This document shows, piece after piece, positions 28,625 through 36,626 of a stretch of 64,000 nucleotides of DNA (the stretch's first letter is position 1; every line of letters begins with the position of its first letter). A program made the translations under genes and the position numbers. The notes below the pieces were generated by a model. It worked only from the letters and a program-made list of their open reading frames with translations. It was not told the DNA's origin and searched no databases. This stretch comes from Chlamydiae bacterium Ga0074140 (GTDB lineage: Bacteria; Chlamydiota; Chlamydiia; Chlamydiales; Rhabdochlamydiaceae). The stretch spans positions 516,943-580,942 of the forward strand of contig LNES01000003.1 in the NCBI GenBank assembly GCA_001464115.1, in the 5' to 3' direction.

Positions 28625-28814
28625 CACCACAGAGACACAGAGTAAGATGAGGTAGCACAGAGAAAAACAAACTCTTTTTTTGTAAGAGAACAAAAAAAGA
28701 GGTTCCCACTGCCGCGAATAGCGGCGGGAGCTTTTTCTTTTTGCTCTCCAGCAAAAAGGAGAAATTTCTTTCTTTCCTCTGCGCTACCTCATCTTACTCT
28801 GTGCCTCTGTGGTG
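28625..28814. repeat. Palindromic MITE-like element, family A long form, copy 2
   Basis: Termini CACCACAGAGACACAGAG ... CTCTGTGCCTCTGTGGTG. The internal part matches the reverse complement of copy 1 (10986-11190). It lies between the divergent groES and pepF genes. Confidence 0.8.
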
Positions 28815-28886
28815 AATCTTTTTTCAATTTGTAAGGAAAATCTTGACTTACACACAAAGTCGCGCTTGTGATATCAGGTTTTACAT

Positions 28887-30734
28887 ATGGCAACCACTTT
28901 ACAAAACAGTTCTGCTGAAGAGAAAAAGACGCGATCTCGAGAAGAGATTCCTCATGAAGATCGTTGGAATGTTGAGGCCCTTTACCTCTCTTTTGAGGCG
29001 TGGGAAGCGGATCTCAAAAAATGGGGGAGAGAGGAGAGGAGAGAGGGCCATTGGCAAGAAATTACCGCATTTAAAGGTAAACTTAACGAGGGGGCCGACT
29101 TACTTCGCAATCTTTTTCAGACCTGTTTTGAGTTTGAAAGGGCGCTCTCGAAACTTTACACATATGCTCATCTTCGCCACGACGAAGATGTGGCGAATGA
29201 TCAGTGCAAAAAGGCTTACACGCGGATCTCCTCGCTCCTTTTTGATTTTCGGCAAGAGACCTCATGGGTTGAACCCGAAATTTTAGCGCTCCCAGAAGCC
29301 AAATTAAAAGAGTACCTCACGGCGCCGGCGCTTGCGGAGTTTCGCGTCTATTTAGAGAAGATTGTACGGCTTAAGCCTTATACGCTCTCTGCGGAAAAAG
29401 AGGAGCTGATGGCTCTTGCAGGGAACGCCCTTGAAACACCTTCGCGTGCTTTCGGTTCTTTCAATAATGCTGATCTCAAATTTGCCCAGATCGAAGATGC
29501 GCAGGGGAGAAAGCTCGAACTTACGCATGCTAAGTTTCTGCTCTATTTGCGGGGACGTGATCGAAAGTTGCGCAAAGAAGCCTTTGAGACGCTGCATCAC
29601 AGTTTTGCTGCCTATGAAAATACACTGTGCGATCTCATTAATGGGGAGATGCAGAAGCATTTATTCAACGCACGTGCGCGTGGATACAAGAGCTGTTTGG
29701 ACGCGGCGCTCTTTTCACATCAGATCGACACGAGCGTTTATCACTCTCTGATTGCGACAGTCCGCAAAAACTTGAGTGTTCTCCACCGCTACATGGGTGT
29801 TCGCAAGAAACTCCTTGGGTATGACGAACTCCATCTCTACGATTTGCATGTTCCTCTCGTGCCAGAGATCACCTTCACGATGAATTACAATGAGGCCGTA
29901 CGCGAGATTGCGCGTTCCGTGCTTCCTCTGGGTGGTGAATATCAGACGGTGCTAGAAAAAGGATTGGGTCAAGATCGCTGGGTCGACAAGTATGAAAACC
30001 TGAGAAAACGATCTGGGGCCTATTCAAGCGGCTGTTTTGACAGCATGCCCTACATCCTCATGAACTACCAAGGCGCCTTCCACGATCTCATGACACTGGC
30101 GCATGAAGCCGGCCATAGCATGCACTCGTTTTTGAGCGGACGCAATCAGCCCTACCACTACTCCCACTATCCCATTTTTGTCGCAGAGGTGGCCTCGACC
30201 TTTAACGAAGAGCTTCTGATCACAGATCTCCTTGCGAAAACAAAAGATAAGATGCAGCGCGCCTACTTGATCAATCAAAAGATTGAAGATATCCGTGGGA
30301 CTCTTTTCAGACAGACGATGTTTGCCGAATTCGAACTGCGACTTCACACCTGGGTAGAGCAGAATGTGCCTCTCACACCCGCGCTTCTCAAGAGTGAATA
30401 CCGAAAACTCAACAGCGATTATTTTGGCGCCCATCTTGTCATTGACGATGCAATCGATATCGAATGGGCCCGCATTCCGCATTTCTACTACAACTTCTAC
30501 GTCTACCAGTATGCGACAGGCATTAGTGCAGCTCACGCCCTCTGTGAAAAAGTCCTAAAAGAGGGAGCTCCAGCCAAAGAGCGGTATCTTAAATTCCTCT
30601 CTTCGGGTTCTAGTCGATACCCCTTAGAGCTGTTAGAGCTTGCCGGAGTGGATATGCGCAGGAGCGATGCTGTTGAAGCGACAATCCGCCACTTCGACAC
30701 TCTTGTAACTGAGCTCGAGCAGGCGCTACGTTGA
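28887..30734 (+). CDS. pepF: Oligoendopeptidase F (M3B metallopeptidase)
   Basis: 615 aa with the zinc motif HEAGHSMH, plus typical PepF N-terminal and C-terminal regions. Confidence 0.9.
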   Translation: MATTLQNSSAEEKKTRSREEIPHEDRWNVEALYLSFEAWEADLKKWGREERREGHWQEITAFKGKLNEGADLLRNLFQTCFEFERALSKLYTYAHLRHDEDVANDQCKKAYTRISSLLFDFRQETSWVEPEILALPEAKLKEYLTAPALAEFRVYLEKIVRLKPYTLSAEKEELMALAGNALETPSRAFGSFNNADLKFAQIEDAQGRKLELTHAKFLLYLRGRDRKLRKEAFETLHHSFAAYENTLCDLINGEMQKHLFNARARGYKSCLDAALFSHQIDTSVYHSLIATVRKNLSVLHRYMGVRKKLLGYDELHLYDLHVPLVPEITFTMNYNEAVREIARSVLPLGGEYQTVLEKGLGQDRWVDKYENLRKRSGAYSSGCFDSMPYILMNYQGAFHDLMTLAHEAGHSMHSFLSGRNQPYHYSHYPIFVAEVASTFNEELLITDLLAKTKDKMQRAYLINQKIEDIRGTLFRQTMFAEFELRLHTWVEQNVPLTPALLKSEYRKLNSDYFGAHLVIDDAIDIEWARIPHFYYNFYVYQYATGISAAHALCEKVLKEGAPAKERYLKFLSSGSSRYPLELLELAGVDMRRSDAVEATIRHFDTLVTELEQALR

Positions 30735-30817
30735 GAAAAATATTGATTGAAATCATGCAGACGCAGTATGTCATTTGTAGTTTGCAAAAATAAATTTACG
30801 GTTTTTGCGGGTATAAA

Positions 30818-31096
30818 ATGTCAACTAAGTTCAAAGACTACTTCGTCGTTGTCAACGAAAAGGGGTTACACACACGTCCTTCCACGGAGCTCGTGCGGTG
30901 TGCAGCATCTTTTAAATCTCAAGTAACTTTGAGTTATCAGGATCAGCACGCAAGCGCCAAATCTCTTCTCGAGATTTTGATGTTGGCTGCTTCTAGAGGA
31001 GCGAAGGTAAAGGTGGAGGCTGAAGGAGAGGATGCCGAGGCGGCTATTAAATCGATCCTTCAACTCGCTCGCAACAAATTCAACATCAAATACTAA
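30818..31096 (+). CDS. ptsH: Phosphocarrier protein HPr
   Basis: 92 aa. GLHTRPS contains the active-site His, and SAKSLLEILMLAA carries the regulatory Ser region. Confidence 0.85.
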   Translation: MSTKFKDYFVVVNEKGLHTRPSTELVRCAASFKSQVTLSYQDQHASAKSLLEILMLAASRGAKVKVEAEGEDAEAAIKSILQLARNKFNIKY

Positions 31097-31259
31097 GAGA
31101 CAATCTCTGAATTAAACGCGGAACCTCCTGGGGCTTTTTGCAATCTTTTTATTCCCTTCGGGCATCCATATGCTCGTCCCGATATTGAATGCCCGAAGAA
31201 AATAAAAATCTCACTAAAAATCCCCTAGGATCTTCTCACGTTTAATTCAGAGATTGTCT
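31097..31259. repeat. Hairpin element of 163 bp with perfect 22-bp terminal inverted repeats
   Basis: GAGACAATCTCTGAATTAAACG ... CGTTTAATTCAGAGATTGTCTC. An internal nested hairpin is TTCGGGCAT ... ATGCCCGAA. The element starts at the last base of the ptsH stop codon. Confidence 0.8.
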
Positions 31260-31276
31260 CTAAGACAGGAAAGAAT

Positions 31277-31368
31277 TTAACCACCGAGCACACAGAGAAC
31301 ACCGAGGCGATTCGCGCAAAAAAATTGAAGCCGGGGCTCCCTCTTCATCTCGGTGTGCTCGGTGTTAA
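31277..31368. repeat. Family A short palindromic element (CACCGAG/CACAGAG heptads)
   Basis: The left arm is TTAACCACCGAGCACACAGAGAACACCGAGGCG and the right arm is CATCTCGGTGTGCTCGGTGTTAA. Confidence 0.75.
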
Positions 31369-31374
31369 AAATCT

Positions 31375-31785
31375 CTATTCTTCGACGGCGACAGCTTTTT
31401 CCAGAACTTCTTTTTTACAGAAAACCGGCGCGTTGTACATGAGCGCAAGAGTCATGCAGTCGCTTGGGCGAGCGTCGATTTCAAGGATATGGCGCTCTTC
31501 ACCGATCTGCTGTTCGAGGAAGAGGCGCGCAAAATAGATCGTGTCTTCAATATTGTTGATGACGATCTGGAGAACTTTGACCTCCAAGCCATCTAAAATC
31601 GATTGGATCAAATCATGTGTGAAAGGACGGGGTTTGTGTTCTTCTGTGAGGTAGGTCTGGATATTTTTACCCACATGCGGATCGGTGTAGATCGCAAATT
31701 TCTTCGTCTCATTGCCTAAGATGATAACCGTGTAGGCTCGTGACTGCAAAATCTTATTAAACGATACAGGGACAAGTTCAGACAT
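31375..31785 (-). CDS. Bifunctional nuclease family protein (BFN/DUF151)
   Basis: Motifs PFTHDL, IEDTIYFARL and IDARPSDCMTLAL. I placed the start at MSELVPV. Confidence 0.8.
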   Translation of the reverse strand: MSELVPVSFNKILQSRAYTVIILGNETKKFAIYTDPHVGKNIQTYLTEEHKPRPFTHDLIQSILDGLEVKVLQIVINNIEDTIYFARLFLEQQIGEERHILEIDARPSDCMTLALMYNAPVFCKKEVLEKAVAVEE

Positions 31786-31825
31786 GAATCCTCCGACCAA
31801 TCAACTTTGTTGCGCGAATAGTTTT

Positions 31826-31919
31826 TTAACCACAGAGAGCACCGAGAACACAGAGGCGCGTTGTGCGAGAATAAAACTCTCTTATATCTTCTCGGTGCCC
31901 TCGGTGTGCTCGGTGGTAA
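31826..31919. repeat. Family A short palindromic element
   Basis: The left arm is TTAACCACAGAGAGCACCGAGAACACAGAGGCG and the right arm is CTTCTCGGTGCCCTCGGTGTGCTCGGTGGTAA. Confidence 0.75.
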
Positions 31920-31959
31920 AACTCCACCGTTAGAAAACACCCCATTCAAAAACGTATGT

Positions 31960-32643
31960 TTAAGGTTGGATCACAATTTGTCCATCGAAAAAACCGATGA
32001 TCACGCGACCTGCGAGATTAAAGAAGAATCCGGTATCAATGACACCGGGTATTCGCAGAAGGGCATCGTGCTCTTTTTCCGGTCCGCTGCACGGTTCGTC
32101 GAATTGAATATCGAAGATTAGATTCTGATTGTCAGTGATGTAATGCGAGCCATCGGGGTTTTTTCGCCAACTTCCCTTGTATCCACCTTTGGCGAGGTGA
32201 TGCGCTGTAGCATTGTGTGCAAAGGGGAGCACTTCGACTGGTAGCTTGCGCGTCCCTAGTTGAGGAACAAGTTTGCTCTCATCGACAATCACAACCATTT
32301 CGCGGCTCATGGCGGCGACGATCTTCTCTCTTACGAAAGCTCCTCCTCCTCCTTTAATCATCCGCTTTTCTGAGTCAATTTCATCAGCGCCATCGACGGT
32401 CAGATCGAGGGTTGAAATCTTCTCAATGTCGATCAGAGGAATTCCATGTTTTTTTGCGAGCACACCAGAGGTTTTCGAGCTAGCAACAGCTTTAATAGAG
32501 AGACCCTCTTTACATCGCTTTGCAAGACGTTCGATAAAAAATTGAGCTGTTGAGCCCGAGCCGAGCCCCACCAGCATTCCATCTTCAACGAACTCTGCGG
32601 CAGTATTCGCCACAGCTTTTTTCGCAAGGTCTTCAGGAGACAT
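31960..32643 (-). CDS. rpiA: Ribose-5-phosphate isomerase A
   Basis: Motifs VGLGSGSTA, DGADEID, KGGGGA and REK. Confidence 0.92.
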   Translation of the reverse strand: MSPEDLAKKAVANTAAEFVEDGMLVGLGSGSTAQFFIERLAKRCKEGLSIKAVASSKTSGVLAKKHGIPLIDIEKISTLDLTVDGADEIDSEKRMIKGGGGAFVREKIVAAMSREMVVIVDESKLVPQLGTRKLPVEVLPFAHNATAHHLAKGGYKGSWRKNPDGSHYITDNQNLIFDIQFDEPCSGPEKEHDALLRIPGVIDTGFFFNLAGRVIIGFFDGQIVIQP

Positions 32644-32684
32644 AGGTTTGATTCTATACGATTACGTATAAAAGAAGTACAGGC

Positions 32685-33017
32685 TTGCAGAAAATGCAGG
32701 TAAAAAATCAGACTGGAGTCATGAGTAATGAGAAGAAGAAAGACTTTGCAGAAGAGAGTCCTAAAACACGAAGAGCGCGCGAGAAGCTCAAAAAGCATCT
32801 CGACGCATTCGAAGGCAAGATCACTCCCCAGGCTCTGCAGAAAAAGGCGATTGAGATCCACCGATGGATTTCACGTCATGCTGCAGACCGGATCGTTCTG
32901 AAAAGCAAGACAATCTCCCTCTTTGATGAAAATAAAAATGCTGCCGAGATCAGTCAGAAAATCTCTAAGCTCACCGAACAGATACAATCATGGAAGATGG
33001 ATACCAAAATAACATGA
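32685..33017 (+). CDS. Hypothetical basic protein
   Basis: 110-aa ORF that is K/E-rich. Its TGA overlaps the ATG at 33014 as ATGA. No family recognised. Confidence 0.4.
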   Translation: MQKMQVKNQTGVMSNEKKKDFAEESPKTRRAREKLKKHLDAFEGKITPQALQKKAIEIHRWISRHAADRIVLKSKTISLFDENKNAAEISQKISKLTEQIQSWKMDTKIT

Positions 33018-34423
33018 AGAATCGAGAGTTTGGCAAGGAGGCGCCCCAGAATTTTGATTCGGAGCGAGCGACCATTGCCAAGGGGCAAGGCGCGAGTGAA
33101 AATCAAAATTCGGGGGCAAAGCCGACGCAGCAAAAATCCGATTCTTCAGGTTGTTTTGGTATAATCGATTGCCTGAAAAGGCGCGGTTTTATCGACGCCC
33201 TCACGAGCGAGGAGATCCATCTTCTCGTTAAGAAACCGACTAAAATTTATGTGGGCTTTGATCCAACAGCCGATAGTCTTCACCTGGGAAACCTGATGGG
33301 GATTGTGGCCCTTGGATGGTTCCAGCGTTTTGGGCACACACCTTTTGTTATCTTGGGAGGAGCAACAGGTAGAATTGGAGACCCTTCAGGAAAGAGCGTC
33401 GAGCGTCCGCTTTTAGACTCCGCAACAATCGCGCACAACGTTTCACGTATCCGCACTCACTTCGAACAGATCCTTGACTTTTCAGATCCTGCAACGCGCC
33501 CCGTAATTTTAAACAATGAAGAGTGGTTTTCTTCGCTCTCTCTTATCGATTTTCTACGCGATGTGGGCAAACACTTTCGTGTTGGAACCATGCTCGCTAA
33601 AGAGATGGTTCGCTCAAGAATCGAATCGGAAGAGGGGATTAGCTATACGGAATTCAGCTACCAGATCTTGCAAGCGTACGACTTTTACTACCTTTGCCGT
33701 GATTATGATGTAATGGTCGAGATGGGGGGGAGCGATCAGTGGGGCAATATCACAAGTGGGATTGAGCTGACGCGTAAGCTCCTTGCAAAGCAGACATTTG
33801 GCTTGACTTTTCCTCTGCTCACGCGCAGCGATGGTAAAAAATTTGGTAAGACAGAAGAAGGGGCGATCTGGCTCTCGCCGGAGCGCTGCTCTCCGTATCA
33901 GTTTTACCAGTATCTTTTCCGCATGCCCGATGCTGATGTCATCAAACTTATGCGGCTTCTCACATATATGGAGATGGAAGAGATCGAGGGGTATGAGAGG
34001 ATGATGAAGGCTCCCGACTACACTCCCAATACAGCGCAACGCAGACTTGCAGAGGAGCTAACGCGACTTGTGCATGGCGAAGAGGGTTTGCAGGCTGCGC
34101 TGAAAGTGACGGAGGGGGCAAAGCCTGGCTCTGAGGCAAAACTCGATCCCGAGGTTTTAAAAGAGATTGCAAACGATATGCCTAATCTCTCGCTGAAAAC
34201 AGAGGATGTTGTCGGTATAAAATATGTCGACCTCACCGTGAAAACAGGCTTTCTTTCCAGCAAAGGAGAGGCTGTTCGCCTCATCGAGAATGGCGGCGCT
34301 TATCTCAACAACGAGAAGATCCAAGATCCCCAGCTAAAGATCTCCCCCGAACATCTCATCGGTGGCCGCTATCTGCTCCTCGGCTCCGGCAAAAAAAAGA
34401 AACTCCTCCTCTCCATCACCTAA
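33014..34423 (+). CDS. tyrS: Tyrosine--tRNA ligase with an N-terminal extension of about 45 aa
   Basis: HIGH-type motif DSLHLGNLMG, KMSKS-type motif KFGKT, and a C-terminal S4-like domain. The start was chosen at the ATGA overlap; the track alternative is 32990. Confidence 0.9.
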   Translation: MKNREFGKEAPQNFDSERATIAKGQGASENQNSGAKPTQQKSDSSGCFGIIDCLKRRGFIDALTSEEIHLLVKKPTKIYVGFDPTADSLHLGNLMGIVALGWFQRFGHTPFVILGGATGRIGDPSGKSVERPLLDSATIAHNVSRIRTHFEQILDFSDPATRPVILNNEEWFSSLSLIDFLRDVGKHFRVGTMLAKEMVRSRIESEEGISYTEFSYQILQAYDFYYLCRDYDVMVEMGGSDQWGNITSGIELTRKLLAKQTFGLTFPLLTRSDGKKFGKTEEGAIWLSPERCSPYQFYQYLFRMPDADVIKLMRLLTYMEMEEIEGYERMMKAPDYTPNTAQRRLAEELTRLVHGEEGLQAALKVTEGAKPGSEAKLDPEVLKEIANDMPNLSLKTEDVVGIKYVDLTVKTGFLSSKGEAVRLIENGGAYLNNEKIQDPQLKISPEHLIGGRYLLLGSGKKKKLLLSIT

Positions 34424-34449
34424 TTTATTGTTGAAGAATAGGGGGATGA

Positions 34450-34925
34450 ATAGACATGTCGGGTGCCAGAGCACTAGCGTGTCCCTGTCCCCCGCGACCC
34501 CCCTTGCGCCTCATCTCGCTTTGAAAAATCCTGTGCTCGGAGGCGGGGTGTGCGAAGCACTACCCCGAAGCCATCGGCTGCTCGCGCGCTCGTCTTCCCG
34601 CGGGACTAACGTCTCGTCGCGGGGCCCTTTTCTCGCGTCGTCTCGCAGAGCGAGGTGAAGACCTCCAAGCCGTTTTCGGAAATCTTAACTTGGCACTGCG
34701 AGACGACGCGAAAAGGGGACCCAACCGCAAGGTTGGGGAAGTGAGCGCGCGAGCAGCCCGACGACTCAGATCGCGCAGAAAAATCATAGCGCAGGAGAGC
34801 GGAGCGGGCGGGGTAGTGCTTTGCACACCCCGCCTCCGAGCACTCGATTTGTCGAAGCAGATCGAAGACCTAGGGGGCAAGCGGGGGACAAAGACACGCA
34901 GTGCTTTGTCCCCGACATGTCTTAT
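34450..34925. repeat. GC-rich imperfect palindrome of about 480 bp built from stacked hairpin modules
   Basis: The left arm (34450 to about 34648) matches the reverse complement of the right arm (about 34697 to 34925) in conserved blocks. Those blocks are GACATGTCGGG..AGCACT.GCGTGTC..TGTCCCCCGC, GTGCTCGGAGGCGGGGTGTGC.AAGCACTACCCCG, GGCTGCTCGCGCGCTC and CGCGTCGTCTCGCAG. Confidence 0.85.
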
Positions 34926-35038
34926 TGGAGCGCATGGAGAGATTGTTTTGCATTTCATTTTTTCGGCTTACACAAAAGCGCTTGCTTGAAAATCAGTGTG
35001 ATACAACAATGGGCTAAAGACATGAGCTGATAGGAGTT

Positions 35039-35365
35039 ATGCATATGACCACGATCACAAAAAAGAAACTGATTCAAGTCATCTCTCAAGAAAGAGGAAT
35101 CCATCCAAATGATGTGCGTAACGTCGTGCAATCTTTTCTCGATGCAATGACACAATTTCTAGCGCAGGGCGATCGTTTAGAGTTCCGCGATTTTGGCGTT
35201 TTCGAAGTCGTCGAGAGAAAACAGAAGATCGGCCGCAATCCAAAGAACGCCGGAGTGCCTATCGTGATCCCCGCGCGCAAAGCTGTCAAATTCACACCTG
35301 GAAAAGAGATGCGCAAACTGATTGGCAAGGGCGCCTCTCCCAAACCTCCCGCTCCGACTCTCTAG
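35039..35365 (+). CDS. HU/IHF family DNA-binding protein
   Basis: Motifs FRDFGVFEVVERKQKIGRNPKNAGVPIVIPARKAVKFTPGKEM. The start could instead be the ATG at 35045. Confidence 0.85.
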   Translation: MHMTTITKKKLIQVISQERGIHPNDVRNVVQSFLDAMTQFLAQGDRLEFRDFGVFEVVERKQKIGRNPKNAGVPIVIPARKAVKFTPGKEMRKLIGKGASPKPPAPTL

Positions 35366-35595
35366 AAAAAAGGACGGCCCCTCCAATGGACAAAGGACTA
35401 CCCTTTTCTTTTTGTCCTTTGGCCCCGTCCATTCGTCCTTTTACTTCCGTTTTCGTCCCTTGGGGCCTGTCCGTTGTCCTTTGGGAGGGTGGGTTATTGA
35501 ATTTTTCTTTTAACACTCCATGGTGTTAAAATTCTTAATATTGAAATTTATTCAGCAATAGGGATAATTATTAGCTAAATTGGAGAATTTAGATT

Positions 35596-36612
35596 TTGAC
35601 TTTCCCCAAGATTATTTTATTTGGAACCATAGCATTATTTTCAATCATCGGCATCGTCGGTCTCGGCAAAAAAATGTCGAGCAAAGAGCCTGGAGAGTCC
35701 GTTTCATCTGCCAAAATCCAAACCCCCGCTGCTCAATCACCTAGCATTTCGAGGCAGGAAACTGCTCTAGAAGTTGAAAAAATTCCTGCTAAGCTTGGCA
35801 AGGAAGTTCCTAAAGGCCCCATTGATGATTTCCCGAATATCGACCGAACCTTTCAATTATTTACTACCGGCCCTACAAAGCTGCCGATCGTTGAGACAGT
35901 GACCTATTCAACTACCGTACCTTGGCTAAAAGGGCGACCCGCATGGCTTGCAGACTACGCAACTCATTACGCGACGTCGCGACATTTTATCGCGCGTAGT
36001 TTGAACGGGAAGCCAGACTATTTTACCCAGAAAATCTCTCCTGGAAGCGCTTTCAATGTTTTCCGAAAAGACAAACGAATTCAGTTCTATCTTCTGGTTG
36101 ATCTCACGCGTTGCAAAATGGGATTCTATTATGTCGATTTAGACACTAAAGAGCGCCTACTTCTGAAAACCTACTCGGTAGGAGTCGGAAAAAGCGATCC
36201 GAAAAGCTCGTCGGGCTCGCTAACACCACTTGGAGTGTATTCGCTCGGGAGCAAGATTGCGATTTACAGCCCTGGAATCACCGGCATTGCACGCGAGCAA
36301 AAGGTAGAGATGATCACGCTTTTTGGCACTCGTTGGATTCCTTTCCACGAAGCAATCGAGGGGAGCGCTGCGCTCACAAAGGGATATGGTATCCATGGTG
36401 CCCCTTGGATTTACCCAACTCCAACGAATTCTCCTGTTGAGAACACAAGTGCGATTGGAAAACATGAGAGTGATGGCTCAATTCTTCTTTCCCACGAGGA
36501 TATGGAAGAGCTTTTTTCGATCGTGATTACAAAACCCACATTCGTCGTCATCGTGAAAGATTTTCACGAAGCGAGAATGCCCGGTATAGAGGTCGCAACA
36601 CCAACGCGTTAA
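35596..36612 (+). CDS. L,D-transpeptidase (YkuD) domain-like protein in which the catalytic Cys position is Ser
   Basis: N-terminal TM segment. YkuD-like blocks are TPLGVYSL, GYGIHGAPW and SDGSILLSHEDMEELF, where the canonical sequence is S-H-G-C-I-R. It uses a TTG start with a GGAGA upstream. Confidence 0.65.
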   Translation: MTFPKIILFGTIALFSIIGIVGLGKKMSSKEPGESVSSAKIQTPAAQSPSISRQETALEVEKIPAKLGKEVPKGPIDDFPNIDRTFQLFTTGPTKLPIVETVTYSTTVPWLKGRPAWLADYATHYATSRHFIARSLNGKPDYFTQKISPGSAFNVFRKDKRIQFYLLVDLTRCKMGFYYVDLDTKERLLLKTYSVGVGKSDPKSSSGSLTPLGVYSLGSKIAIYSPGITGIAREQKVEMITLFGTRWIPFHEAIEGSAALTKGYGIHGAPWIYPTPTNSPVENTSAIGKHESDGSILLSHEDMEELFSIVITKPTFVVIVKDFHEARMPGIEVATPTR

Positions 36613-36626
36613 TTTAGGATAAGTTC

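Noticed and set aside
34362-34989. Three ORFs of about 100-130 aa in the tyrS-HU/IHF spacer: 34362..34658 +, 34560..34958 - and 34690..34989 +.
   Set aside because: They are mirror images produced by the GC-rich palindrome. They are Arg/Ala/Ser/Pro-rich with no motifs or RBS. High GC suppresses stop codons here.
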